From Lytechinus pictus (lineage: Eukaryota), in contig NC_087246.1 of assembly GCF_037042905.1 (NCBI RefSeq), positions 25,854,001-25,918,000 on the forward strand: 64,000 bases of DNA, read 5' to 3'. The notes beneath the pieces are model-generated. The model was not told the origin of the DNA. It saw only the letters and a program-made list of their open reading frames with translations, and ran no database searches. Shown here piece by piece: positions 1 through 13,800 of this stretch. Position 1 is the stretch's first letter. Each line of letters opens with the position of its first letter. The translations under genes were made by a program, and so were the position numbers.

Positions 1-3000
1 CTGTCTAAGACAAAATTCTTAGCCAAAACGCGTATTCCATAAAGAATTGGCTAAGAATTTTGTCTAAGAATTTGGCTAAGAATTTTTGCGCGACTAAGAC
101 AGATTTAGGATAAATGGCTAAGTAACTTTTCTTAAATATGCAGAGTCTGTATTTCATAAATTCTACATGGCTAAGAATTTTGCCCTAACTTTAAGACAGT
201 GGTGAGTTGTCTTAATTGCTTTAAGACAACGTTTAAATCCAACAAATCATGGCCAATTTTTTTTTAGAATTCATACCTATATTGCATTTCGAGCTACTTC
301 CTCAGTTTTTAACCAATTTTCATGAAATTTGGAACACACATTGGTCTTAAGGTAAGGAGGTGTAAGAATTTTTTTTGCTTTTTCAGAAATAGTGTTGCCA
401 TGGTAACAGTATATTATGGCCAAAATTTAAAATTTAAATTACTTCATCGGTTTTCTACCAATTATCATGAAAGTTGGCTCACACATTGGATTTGAGGAAA
501 AGATGTGCAAGACACAATTTTGCATGTGTCGGAAATTGTGTTGCCATGGTAACAGTATATTATGGCAAAAATTATGTATAAATCTTGCTATTCCAACTAC
601 TTCCTCAGTTTTTAACCAATTCTCATGAAATGTGGCACAAACATTAGTCTTGATGTGAAGATGTGCAAAACATATTTTATGCCTATATACAAAAATTGCG
701 TTGCCATGGTAACAACATATTAAATAACGAAAATTAGGTGAAAAATTTGTGGTTTTAACAAGTTTACAATATTTCAACCACTTCTCATGATGTTTGCCAC
801 AGACATAAGTCTTGAGGTAAAGATGTGCAAGACACATTTTCGCATGTGTCGGAAATTGTGTTGCCAAGGTAACGGTATATTAGGGCAAAAATTATGTAAA
901 AATCTTGCAGTTCCAACGACTTCTTCAGTTTTTAATCAATTCTCATGAAATGTGGCACAAACGTTAGTCTTAATGTGAAGATGTGCAAAGTATATTTTAT
1001 GCCTTTATAAAAAATTGCGTTGCCATGGCAACAAATAAAATAACAAAAACTAGATGAAAATCTTGTAATTTGAATTACTTTATCAGTTTTCAACTGGTCA
1101 ATTCTCCTAAAATGTTGGCGCACACAATAGTCTTGAGTTGAAGATGTCTAAGATATACTTTTGCCTGTATCAGAATTCGTGTTGCTATGGTAACAACATA
1201 TTATATAAAGAAATTAGGTGAAAATCTTGTGGTTTGAATCCCTTTATTAGTTTTACCAATTCTTATAAAAGTTGGCTCACACATTGATTTTGAGGTGTAG
1301 ATCTGCAAGACATATATTTGAAAATTTGTTGCCATGGTAACAGCATATCAGATCAATAAATGTGTAAACAGCATGATGTGTATTGAACTACTTCTTCATT
1401 TTATGACATTGGCCTATATGTCCATGAAATGTAGGTTTTGAGCTAAAATAATCTGCAAGACACATTTTCTCATTCATCAAAATATGTGTTTGTATGATAA
1501 CTACATGTATACGCCAAAAAAGATTAAGACAATGGTCAATGACAATGCTAACTTTTGTTTGGCTACATAGAGAACTACATGTAGCTGAGGGCTTAGTTCT
1601 AGTTTTTTTTTTTTTTTTTTTTTTTGGGGGGGGGGGGGGCTAGACCTCAAGATTTCGAACTACAGCCCCTAGTTTAGATCTAAGCCTAGATCAAGATTCT
1701 TTAGTCCTAGAAATAACCCAATGCTAGATCCCTAGCCTACTTCCTTTCTCAGGCCTAACGTTAGATGAGTAGAACTAGACTAGATCTAGCCTACATTTAC
1801 TATTTTTAGATCTAGAATCTACATTGAGATAGAGTCTACAAGTCTCTAGATCTACACCTATTACTATGACCCTATGTACACCTAGATTGGTATAGTTCTA
1901 GATCTAGATAGGGTCTAACTTTTAGTCTAAGTGAGTAAGTCATTTAGTCTAGATCTAGGCCTAGGTTAGAGATTTCTAGATCAAACAGTAGACTAGATCA
2001 GCCAGTCCTAACGTTAGGGCTACCGGATAGGCTAGAAATAAAATCTAGAATGAATAGAAGAAAGCACAGGCTAGGCCGCCTAGGCCCTAGATCTAAATTC
2101 TTATATAAATCTAGGCCCTAGTCTAGACTGAGCTGTTGCCAGTGTTGGTCTAGGTTTAGGCCTGTTTTCTAGTCCTGGAAACCTAGATCTAAACAAGTCC
2201 TCAAATTCAAAATGTATAAAATAAAAACTCCAAACAAACAGATGGACCTAAAGCAGGAGAAGATCTAGATAGATGTCTAGACTACTACTAGGACTAGATC
2301 TAACTTTAGGCATAGGCCTAGTTGGCAAGCAATGCATAGCGATATATCTAGCACTGTTGACAGGAATAACCGTCGTTTCTGGGGATTTATTTAAAAGTTT
2401 CTGACATTTACTGTCATATCACATTGGTGAGACTAGGCCAACGTAACGTTAGACTGTTTAGTGTCGTACTCGTAATACTAAAATAGCGGAACAACCAAAA
2501 TACAGTCGGAGACTGAAGCTTTTGGTCTAGGCCTAAGTCAGATCTATTCTAGACCTACATGTAAATCTAGATAGATCTATCCCTGTCTTAAGGCTAAGCC
2601 AGGCTAAGTCCTGCATGTTCTAGGCCTAGACCAATACTAATATAGGTCTATCGTTAGATCTAGGCCTAGTATGTAGCTTCAGTCTCAGTTGCTCCACTAC
2701 GGCACTAGACTAACAAAGTTACGTTTTGGCTTTTGCTTCAGCCTTCAGGAAAGTAAAAAGTAAAAACAATGTTCAATTCTCCTCCAAACAGACGGATATT
2801 AGTTGTAGATCTTGGGCCTAGGCTAGATCTAGGCCTAATGTTAGACCCAAGACTAGTCTCAAAAGTTACAAATGTTTTCCCTTAGACCCTAGGTCTACTT
2901 CAACTGAAGTAGAATAAAGATGTCGAGAGGAATCTACCCTATCCCATTTAGATTTTGACAAACAATACATGAAAAGTAATGAATGGGACTGATACATAAA

Positions 3001-3390
3001 AAACTGTGCAAGTCACTCGGTTTGGGATTGAAATGTTTTGGTAATTAACAAAATATAGAATAATCTGAATAAAGAATTCTTACCATATATGGGTGATGAA
3101 TGCTCTTCTTTTACTACAATGGTTGTAATTAGTTTCAATAAAATCAAACTTGTTAAGAAAAAACAACTTCAATGACATTTTTGCTATTTTGTTGCAGTCA
3201 CCCCTGCAGCAGTTTAGAAGGTCATAGAATTTGACTTTGAGACTTTGGCTTAGCCATATCGTCTGACTTGAGACAAATGTCTTAAAGTTTATAGAATATC
3301 GTTAGGGAAGATTTCTTAGACAAGCAATATGCTAAGACAAATTGCTAAGACTTAAGCAAAAAGCTTATCTCGTTTATGGAATACGGGCCC
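1..3390. mobile_element. Probable non-autonomous DNA transposon in ARRDC intron 2, truncated by the window edge
   Basis: CTAAGA/CTTAG-rich subterminal motifs at 1-230 and 3240-3390. The right end ...TATGGAATACGGGCCC|CAG mirrors CGTATTCCATAA at 31-42. Internal tandem modules at about 240-1500. Confidence 0.55.
240..1500. repeat. Degenerate tandem repeat (about 160-bp units, 320-bp dimer)
   Basis: Recurrent GTTGCCATGGTAAC, TTCTCATGAAA and AAGATGTGCAAG motifs. Confidence 0.85.
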
Positions 3391-3758
3391 AGCTGCCTGT
3401 GATTTTTTTTGGGGGGCAGCAATTGTTGTATATTTGGAGACCAATGAACATTTATTCAATGAATAACAAGTTATATATTGATAAAACAAACATAAATTTA
3501 CAGTGTAAAGTTCACACATAGGCTATGCCATTTTAAAATGGATACATTATTTTTTAAATAATAAATTCTCTTATTTCTTATCTATGACAATGCATATCAG
3601 TAAATAGTTAAGTATACATGATCAGAAAATTTATTCATTTAGAAAAATGAAATATGTGTGAAGCAAAGGAACTGAGCTTGAGAGTATCTCAAATACATGT
3701 CCATTAAAAATAAATTATAGATGAATCAAAATTCAAATGGATGCAAAGAAATATTAAC

Positions 3759-3893
3759 CTGCTCCACGGAGAATGACTTCTTGCTTGAAGAATGGAATTT
3801 TCCATGTGTAATGGATGGTTCTTCTGTGATCTCCGGAGCCTCGTGTTTCAGTCCAGTGAGTGTAGGACTTGCCTTTGCATATTACCTTAATAC
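3759..3893 (-). CDS. Alpha-arrestin, coding exon 2 (gene continues beyond the left edge)
   Basis: CAG acceptor at 3896-3894; phase 1 matches exon 1. Reads (G)IKVICKGKSYTHWTETRGSGDHRRTIHYTWKIPFFKQEVILRGA, the typical G..xW.E...T..Y....F arrestin_N segment. GTTAAT donor at 3758. Confidence 0.85.
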
Positions 3894-4498
3894 CTGCATG
3901 TAGTCATGAGAGAGACAGAGAGAAAAGGGGAGGAGAAAGAGAAAAGGGGAGCGAGGAAAATTGTAACTCTATCACTTTTTATTTCCATGAATGAAGTTTT
4001 TGTCAATTCCGCTGGTTACATATATATGCTCTGTAGGTATACCAGAATATGCAAAGCAAAGTATTCATTAATTCTTGTTTAATGCATAAACCTAGTAACA
4101 GTTAGGTCTTTCCTTTCTGCAAAATTTTCATTCTGTGATTGGCCTTTAGGCTTAAAAAAAAATACTCATCACTATATTTGCATTAGGAACATGTGTACTA
4201 CCATGGATGGAGTAAGAATTGCACATTGGTGAAGATGCGCCGGCATGATGCAATTATTCTTTTTTAAACTTAGATCCATTTCCGGGGATCCATTTGTATT
4301 TTCAAGGGAAGGATTCAGCAATCAGTCATATTATAAGTTGGATATTTGTAATCATATTGGTCATGTTTTTGGACTGGAGCAAAAATGAAGTCAGATAAGT
4401 GCAGACTTTGTTCTTTATATTAAACTAAGTCAAAATTAAGGCATACCCCGTTACTAAGAGTTGATTGGGTTAAGAACTTTATCTTGATGTCCTGCTCC

Positions 4499-5392
4499 AG
4501 GGGTGGTATTGAGGTATTCTGAGGTAATTTTATCTTTAAAATATTTCATTTTGTCTTCAAAAATGAAATTGGTTTTCTGAGATGACATTTTATCTCTCAG
4601 ATAAAATATGAAATTTTAGCAAACTTAACTTCATTAGATCTACATATCTAAAGATTATACGCGACAGAGCAGAGCCTACATAGAAATATCCATCGCGTAT
4701 CTAGCCATTGCTACGCAGATGATGTGCGTGTACCCACGTTACTTTGAAGAAGAAACTTAAAAAGAAACTTAAAATAGGGTGGGGCCTCTTTTATCTCTGC
4801 GTCGTCCAATCCAGCATGGTTTCTAAGTGAATTAGCTCTAAAAGCTTGAAGACAAATTTGAAAGAAAAATTATATCATTGAGAGTAATAGTATAATACCT
4901 GAACATTACTCCTGTATGATAAGGAATTATTTCATAATATTTTCTGGACTAATAATTGTCTCTAAAATGATGCTGGTGATGATGCGATATTGACATTGGG
5001 ACTCTGTGAGTATTGTCATATTTTTAAAAGAAATCTCTGTAAAAATGCCCTAGCGCATAGTGCAAGCGTATTTGAATTCAATAAATTGACATAATCTTGC
5101 TCCTTTGCCATACCTCCTGGCGGAATGGATATCAATGATTAGTTGAGTGAGATGAAAGTGCTATAATTATAAAACAATTGATGTTTCTCACTTTCTCATT
5201 GGATATTACTTCAAAAATAGACATGATAGATGTGTCTTACAGAGATTAAATGAAGATAAACTGGTTCTCAGAATACCAATTTGGAGAGATTTTATGGATA
5301 TTTTATCACACTCATTTTAACGAAGATAAAATATTTTATTTTATCTGACTCTGAGATAAAATGGATATTAGAATTCAGAATACCACCCCTGG
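4499..5392. mobile_element. MITE/non-autonomous DNA transposon
   Basis: Inverted termini GGGGTGGTATT...AATACCACCCC; a related partial copy lies at about 17476-17660. Confidence 0.65.
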
Positions 5393-5467
5393 GCCCCAGT
5401 ACAGTACCACTACAGAGCTCTGCTGACGCTGGACCCCAGGAAATGCGGACCTCTTTGTTGAGGTCCT

Positions 5468-6370
5468 GGGGACGATTCCACGAAAGGGTCTTTGCCAGAA
5501 CGGCATTATCCTGGTTTAAGTAACCACTCCATCTCCCATTGACTATGTACACAAAGAGCGCACACACACACTGACACACACAAGAAGAGAGGTGACTTAT
5601 TTCAAGATAAGGCTGCAAGAACCGTCTTCCGTGTCGCCCATTTATGATGCGCCATGTGAAACGCATCTTAAATAAATTATGATGGTCACCGTGGTCCCTA
5701 TAAGTCTGCGCACCTAGCTACCGGTATATGAGTTAAGATTTAACACGAATTTCTTTCTATTTCACAAAATCTTTCAGTTAGCCGGTAATGATGTTCCTGA
5801 TATTATATTAGGAGTATTAAAGTGTGCCAAATATCTCATAAAAATTTGAAAGAATATATAGGATTTTCTTGGAGAAATCAGAATGAAAAAAAAAATGGTA
5901 CCCCATGTCTGCGCACCCCTTCACTTTGCACACCATTCGGGGATTTTGATGACAAAGGCTGCATTTTAAGGCCGTCACATGAAATGCCCAAAATTCATTA
6001 TTTTTCCAATATTTTGAGTCGGATTGTTTGATGAATATCTGTCTATGTATTGCATTTGTAAAGTCTGTGTTCGTTGCGTATCTTCTTTTACTAGAATTGC
6101 GCAGATAAGCATGTGCGCAGACAAGGGGGACTGCATGCGCAGACTTGGGGGAACTTGCCATACCTGCAAACATATTTTATTCATCCGATAAAGTAAACAA
6201 AAATAATAATCTTTGTTTATGAAATGATGTGATATATCTTGAAATTGTATACAAATTGATTTAAATGCTATCTCACAAATTTTATTTGTTTATCATACAT
6301 TTAAGAAATATGCCGCATACAGCGGCCTTGACCTTGGTCTTGGAAAGACCCTTTCGTGCAATCGGCCCCT
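5468..6370. mobile_element. MITE/non-autonomous DNA transposon, PIF/Harbinger-like
   Basis: TIRs GGGGACGATTCCACGAAAGGGTCTTT / AAAGACCCTTTCGTGCAATCGGCCCC, flanked by CTG. Confidence 0.7.
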
Positions 6371-6408
6371 GATGATCTGATCTGACATGCATACCGCAGT
6401 ATGGTTGG

Positions 6409-7020
6409 AACTACCCCTTATCGACCATCTAATCTTCTAAGCATCGTATCTGCGATCAATTTTACCCAGTTTTCGTCTCATTTGTGCAGAAAATTGAGCA
6501 GATCAGATTCCCATGTTTCGCTCGGCGACTCCGATTCAATCCGCGTATATATCGACGAACAACGAATACGACGATTTTACATTTGCTCATTTGCACCCGT
6601 CTTTTGAAACCGACCACCCGCGGTACATTGAGTTTACGACCGATTCTTGTCGCGGTGGCAAAATATTTTTACTCTTCCAAATCAGTTCTATGATGTCAAC
6701 ATGCTAAATGATCGTCTCACTACTTCCACTGCGAGCTCCGACACATGATTGAACGATTGACGACGGATATTTGTTCTAGAGCCGTTTCCTATTGGATTTC
6801 TTGGTTTTTCAGCGGGGTTTAATTGGGTCTGGTCAATACAATTTTGATTAATTCTACTAAATTTTTACTTCTTGTTGCTTCTTTTTTTCTCGTAAAATCA
6901 ATTCTTACCGTTTCTATGGACACTGCGCCTACTCTCCCGTGCGTATCGTTAGTAATACGCAATAATTTTAACGTGCGCAAGGTGGTCGGTTTCAAAAGAG
7001 GTGGTCGATATGTGGTAGTC
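6409..7020. mobile_element. MITE-like element
   Basis: Imperfect TIRs ACTACCCCTTATCGACCATCT / AGGTGGTCGATATGTGGTAGT. Confidence 0.5.
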
Positions 7021-7350
7021 TCACCATACCCCTGTTGACCAAGCCATACCCTTAGTTCCAAGGCAATTGGCAATTCCTCCTACTTTAGTAGGATGGGGGG
7101 TCGGGTGTCCGGACACTTTATCTTTTTGAAGCCTTCTTTTTTGTCTTTGGATTACACTAAAAATATGAATTCAATACTTGTAATCATCTTCTGTTTTGTT
7201 CTTTATAATATTTCCTAACGTTTTGTACTAAAAATTGATGAAACTTCGCTTGTAATTTTTTCCAAATGACTTTCTAAAATTGATCGTCCGGACACACAAC
7301 CTGTCCGGACACACAACCTGTCCGGACACACAACAACTGGGTATACTTAC

Positions 7351-7471
7351 CTCGAATGTCTCCCTTTTCTCCCGTCAAAACTATCCTTGCGTGTCCCTGG
7401 ATGGTATCCCCTGGTTTGAACACTTCATTGCTACCTTCGAAAACAACCTCAAATACCTGCAATTTACCCAT
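7351..7471 (-). CDS. Alpha-arrestin (arrestin domain-containing protein), coding exon 1
   Basis: MGKLQVFEVVFEGSNEVFKPGDTIQGHARIVLTGEKGDIR matches the arrestin_N start (vF.pGd.i.G.v.i). Ends at a GTAAGT donor (7350), phase 1. Confidence 0.85.
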
Positions 7472-7799
7472 TATTGAGTAGGTCTAGCTAGACCAAAGTC
7501 AAAGACAAAATGATTTGTTGACGATAGAGATCGCGTCACGGCCACACCCAAGGTGGTTCCCCATGTTCCTCTCGATCTCGCGCTCGATCCGATCCGCACT
7601 CGCGCCGCGGTGCCGCTCTATCCCTCTCTTCAAGCCGTGCATGCGCAATGCAATTCTTATGCAGATATCACGATTCTGTGATCGCAGCTATTGAAATTAC
7701 ATGTGAGCTGAATTCCCAACTGAGGATTAGACTGTTGTTGAATGGCAATACTGTGATCATATTCCTCTTATTGTAACACTTTATCGCCAATCAAGGACA
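7472..7799. promoter_or_regulatory. Putative bidirectional promoter shared by ARRDC and METTL3
   Basis: Only 328 bp separate the divergent ATGs. There is a CpG-rich patch (about 7530-7650) and an NRF1-like GTGCATGCGCA at 7637-7647. Confidence 0.6.
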
Positions 7800-7890
7800 A
7801 TGGCTAGTACTTTGGAGGCTCTTAAGAAAAAGAGAGAAGATTTAAAGGCCAAGTTGATGCGAAGGAAGGAAATTACAACAGGAATAACTG
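7800..7890 (+). CDS. METTL3: METTL3 exon 1 (N-terminal leader helix)
   Basis: [30 protein letters not shown] resembles the basic N-terminal helix of METTL3. GTGAGT donor. Confidence 0.8.
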
Positions 7891-10800
7891 GTGAGTTGGA
7901 AAGGACTGCCATGACTGTAGTCCCATAAGTTGAAAATTATGTAAGGCGGCATACCGTAGATTATTCTGATATTGATTTTAATTTAATACATACATTTTAT
8001 CACAAAAATATATTTTCCTCCCAAGGTTATGTGACTCAAGAGTCAAGATGGTTGATTGTTCGATCATGTTTCATCATTTGGAAACTGGATTCGCTTTTGA
8101 AAGTGAAATATCAATGTTCTTTTGTAGAAAAAAATGGAATTGGAAACTTTTCAATCATGTTTCATTATTTTGCTTTTGAAAGGGGAATATCATAACGTTA
8201 AATGTCGACTTTTTAATTAAAATGCAAAAATTATGTTGCACTTGCAGGGCTGCCAACTTTTGAGTAGCATGGCATTGCATTGACACTCGATCGCTTGTTG
8301 TGCCTCGCACAAAAACCCCGCTTCATAGTAAAATTTCGACGTCACCAGCTCTCATATACTAATATAGTCATACACGGGATACAGTAAGCCAATCGCAACT
8401 CAATGTCTTGTCTTTGCGCAGCAAACCGAAACCAATTCGCATTGATGGTTTAGCTTTGCGCTTGTGTGGTTAAAAACTTTGAAACTTTTGCCTGTCCGGG
8501 TTATAATGTTATTGAATATCCGATATAGGCTAATAAACTTTTTTCTCTCTATTTTCGGGGTTCAGCGTGAGAATCGGGTGAATTGTGTGAGACTCACGCA
8601 GATTGCGTGAGAGTTGGCAGCCCTGTGTTGTTTAATTTTTTCACTCTTGAAAGAAAATGCATGAAAACTCAGAGGAAAGAATATTTCATTTCCACATGAC
8701 TGTATGAGCTTGGATTTAGATAAAGAAAACAAGTCCACACTGTAGTGGTTTCTAATGCCTCTGTATTGATATGTCCTTTTTCAATTATATTCGTCAGAGA
8801 ACAAACCAGTTTCACTCAAGTTGGAAGTATCAAGTTCACCTATTCCACCTGATAGTGTGCCTGCACAGAGTAGTAGTACATGTACCTCATCAATACAAAC
8901 AGGAATAAAACAAGAAGATGGATCAGCTCCAGTTCCTATTCCAAAGGTATTCTACAGTTGGTCAAGAAGGTTTAGAATTTATGGTAGTATACTGAATAGT
9001 GTTCTCATCGTTTATCGTATCATTTATAATCTTGGAAGTCAGCAGCAATTTCCTAGTCCCAATTTACTTGACTGAGTCAGAGCAGACATGGTTATCTATT
9101 TTTACCATTTGCAGTAAAATTGATTGTAGACATAGTCAGATTTTGCTGACATTGCATATTTGTAATGTTTGATGTATTTTCTAATGCAATACCTGACTAT
9201 TCCCAATGTACTACCACAATAAATTTTTATGAAGTGGCCCTAGAGGCCAAAATCAATGAAAAATGTATTTGAACAAGACAGTCAAATATTGATAACTCTC
9301 AGAATAAATTCAGTCTTGCTTGATTCCTAAGATAATGTACTACCATAGTCTAAAAATTCTTTACCCTTAATTATATTTTAACCATCCAATATTGCCTTTA
9401 AACAAAGGAAATGTATGATTACTGCTGTAGATGTTGAATAGGCCCGATAGATATATTTAAGGAAAAAATGGTGTTCTTGTCAAACACAGCTCATAAGATT
9501 GGTTGAGTTTGTTGTTTTACTCTTTACACACCAAACATCAAATCAGTTTGTGTATTTTCCTTCTGTGCAATCAGAGACTTTGGAGGCATAGACTCAAACA
9601 CAACTTACATTGCAGCGAACATTTCTGTATAAATGACAAAAATCCATTTTGCAGATATAATTGCCCCTATGCAAGATGCTTTACTTGGTTTATGGTGTAG
9701 AACTGGCCCTGGATAGATCACTAAAATATATTTTCTAGATATTTGTCAAGTTTCTGTCAATTTCTTTTTTAAATTGCCCATATGCAAGATGCTTTACTTG
9801 GTTTATAGTGTAGTACTGGCCCTGAATAGATCACTAAAAGATATTTTGTAGATATTTGTCAATTTTTTGTCAATTTTTATTGAAAAAACCCCATTCTTTT
9901 GCTATAGCTTCTTGCGGTAGATACAAATGATAATATAAAAGCTGATAATGTAAAGAATAATTGTTTTTCTTTATGGTGGTGTTTTTCTGTAGAGCATTGC
10001 TGTAGTTGTTTGATAGGAATAAATCATAAAATCATGCATTTTAACACAAGGTACATGACATCCCTTATAGATGAAGTATATATATTTTGTAGATGAGAGG
10101 ATACAGAAATTGCTGAGAAGATAAAAATATAATGTGACTCATAAAAAAATGATCATGTTTCAGAGATAAATCGCTTGAAAAAAATATTACTTCAAAAAGA
10201 AGGGCACTTGTCTGAAAATGAGGGACACATTGCAAAATTTATGGCAAAGGGGGATGCCACCTGTGCCCCATGACCCACAAATTACTGATAGTGTACATGT
10301 AGGTCTTTCAGTAAGAATACACTTGTTCCTTTGATTTTTATCCATTTTTTATTCAAACATGTGTTGTAAACTTACAATTGCATTGTAATGATCATACGCA
10401 TATTTCTTAGAAAATTTTTCCTCAGTTACACTACTGTTTCAGGATTTTATATTATCTTGTAAATGTTAGAAAATATAGATTTTTCCAGGTCAATGAAATA
10501 CTGTATTTACAGGTTTAAGAACCTGTGTTACTTATCTTTTTTCTTTATTTTTCTGCCCTCCAAAGTATGTCGCTGATCAGTTTACTATTCATTTCATTTT
10601 TTCTTCTTAATTTACCAGAGTACTGTACCTGCAGGAAGTCAAGGTATCTCTGATGGGACTGAATCCAGGAAAAGAAAGAGAGAAGAGTAAGTCATAAAAG
10701 GAAAAGATTTAATGAATCCACTCTGAACATGAAGCATCACTTCAGTTCAATGAGTAGAGAAATGCAGTACCCTATTGACTTTTCAGTGGTTAAAGTAGGA

Positions 10801-13800
10801 TCTATCAATTATATTCTGTTTACCCTATTTTAAGAAGTCCAAACAAATATTTTCATTACCTCTACCGCTATGATACTGTGCATCAGATCTGTGCCCAAAC
10901 CAATTAATTTTATAAGGATAAAATTTACAGCTCAGTTTTTTTTTTTATTATATAACTACTATTTGATAACAATTTTGATGTAAATTTTCAAGTCTTTGAT
11001 CTGTGTCTAAGAACAGGGGTGAAATGAATTGTACTGTACTTTTTTTAAAACAATTTTGGGACCTAATATTTCTTTTAAATATTAAAGATTAAAGTGGTTT
11101 ACCATAGTAATTCTAGTGGGTATATATATCAGATAAGATTACATGATCAAAATATAGCATTCTGAGAAAGGAGTGTTAGAGTGAGCAATTTGAAACTCAG
11201 GGGGATATTGTACTACCTTCAAGGTTTAGCATTCTCGCAAATAGTAATTTTGTAAATTACAATAAATGACAGATGAAGTTAGTCAATGCTTAATATCTCT
11301 CTTAAAATGGACCAGCTTTCTCCCATTATGAACTATATTATTTATTGATTTTTATGTGCATAGATCTGATTCAGATCAGGATATTGGACCTACTTCTACT
11401 GCCAAACAGTCAGCTGTAAAATCAGAAAAAGAAGATGAGGTTATTGACCTAACTCTAGAGAACCTTCTTACCTCAACATCATTTAAAGAACAAGAGGTAA
11501 TATATTGGTGGCTTATTGGATTATTAATTGTTCATATAATTTTTTTGACAAATATGTTTTGATAATAATAGATTACTTCAAAAAAAAACTTTATTAATGA
11601 ATAATAGAAAATATATTTGTATGGGTCAAATGTACTCATCTTTTAGGGATGTTTCTGTACCTTTTTATTTTAAAATACTAGTAATTGTACAACAATAAAT
11701 GGAATCTTATTTTGTGTAATTCGAAGTTATTTTATCATAGGTTTATTGCTTTTGACTGATTGGAGATCATTTATTTTGAGTTTTCGGGAGAAATTATTTC
11801 AAATGATACAATAATAGATTATTAGAGCAATAAAATCGTAAGATGAAATTGTACCCCTCCCCCCCCCCCAATAAAAAAAAGGAATAGTTTTAATATTGAA
11901 ATAATAGTAATAATGATAAATCAAGAGATAGGAGAAATTCTGAAATGGTAGGATTATTCAAATCTAATGTAATGAAGGTATATCTGAGTCTATTTTCAGA
12001 AACAAGTACAAACTTGTTATGCATGCTGACCGTAAATTAACTTGATTTTATTCTTGTTTTTACAGAGTAAAGAAATGGGACAAGAGATACATGATCTATT
12101 GAGTATGCCAACGGCTAAAGAGAAGTCAATTAAGGAGGCTTTTAAGTCAAAAGGAGGTTTGTTCAAGTTCATACTTTTTTTCAAAGATAGGTAAAAATTA
12201 AAGCTGATCGGTTTAAAGAGCTTGGAACAAAACAGCTTTCCACACGCTTAATTTTACCCATGTGTGGAAAAAGGCTAATAGGAGTGAAGTCTAATAATAC
12301 CTTAAATGTCAATATTTTTGGTTGCAAGGCCACTTTTTTATAGGGTACATTTCTATTTTAGGCCCCTACTGCCTAAATGGTAAAAAAAAATTGAAATGTA
12401 GAAAATAAAACAACAAATCTCCAAAGCCGATGAGAGGTGATAAAGGCCAATCAACGATCGCGGGCTTCGATTAATTTTAGCTCTGTTTACCTTACTATTT
12501 TTAAAATTCTTTTCCTTCAAATTGTCAGGTACTGTTCATGAATTCTGTTCGCATGGTACAAGAGATGAATGCATAAAAGTTTCTGGAGCATCAAATTGTA
12601 ATAAGGTAGGATTTGATCTTTAAAGTCTTCATTATAAATATTTAAAATATAATTATGTACACATGCAAACATGTATTGTGCTTCTACTTGTTTTCATTGG
12701 GCCTTACCAAGAGACTATTTGACGTGGAGAAATGTTTTTTTAATGTTTGTTACTTGTTTAATAGATATGCATACTCTGCTTGATTATAACAGAAGGTATA
12801 TTTATGGATATCAGAATGAGGTTAAACCTTGTTTTGGTCATGTTTTATTATTTTTCAATTCTTGTTTCAAATCTCTATTTTTTTTTCTATTCAAATTTCA
12901 CAACCAATTTGATAAAATGTATTTAAATTCTATGTTAATGATTGAACGAACAGTGATATTTAAGAATTCTATTAATTTCTAACTTTTTCCTCTTTCTTTT
13001 CATTTCCAGCTTCATTTTAGGAGAATAATAAACAAACACACTGATGGTGAGCTTTTATTTATCTATATAATAACATTGTATGTAATTGGTGTGCTATTAG
13101 TGTCTTGGTGTTGTTTACTTCTTTTGACTTTCCCTTGTAATCAGAGGGTCATGTGATCAAATTCCATTGATGCAATAGTGCCCTTTGCCAAGGCATCAAT
13201 CTATACTTAGTCAATCTCCACCTATGTAGTTAATAGGTACTAGTAGAATGCAAACGTCAATGTTTGTTGGATAAGCTATTTGCATGGGTTGACTGCTAAT
13301 TGCTGGAATAATAATAGGGTTTTTCATAAATGTAATTAGTTTCCAGTATATATCTTTTTTTAGGTCATTGAGACGAGCATGCATTTTGATGAATACTTTA
13401 GATATGATTGAGTTTATATGTATATCCTCTTTTCCCATCTAGAGTCCCTTGGAGACTGTTCGTTCCTGAATACTTGTTTTCACATGGACACATGCAAAGT
13501 AAGTACAAGACATCTGAATATTTATGTTTCATCCATTTTTTTATTTAAAAAATTAACCAGTATTGTTTTATAATAGACTGTCTATTCTGAAAGTTTCTAG
13601 TGCAAGTGATATTCTATTTGCATTCAGAGGAGCTTTGATATCACCATGAAATGTCATATAATTGAAGTTGATTACCCATGTAGTATGTATATTATGAAGA
13701 TAAAGAGTCTAGCCAGAGTGGTGATCAGATTTTGCACTGTTATGTTTTTTTTTACCATATAGTATGTACATTATGAAGTTGAAGAAGGCTAGTAAGAGTG

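Noticed and set aside
439-1123. 142-aa and 63-aa ORFs in the tandem repeat
   Set aside because: Repeat-derived, no recognisable domain, and the frame is not preserved between units.
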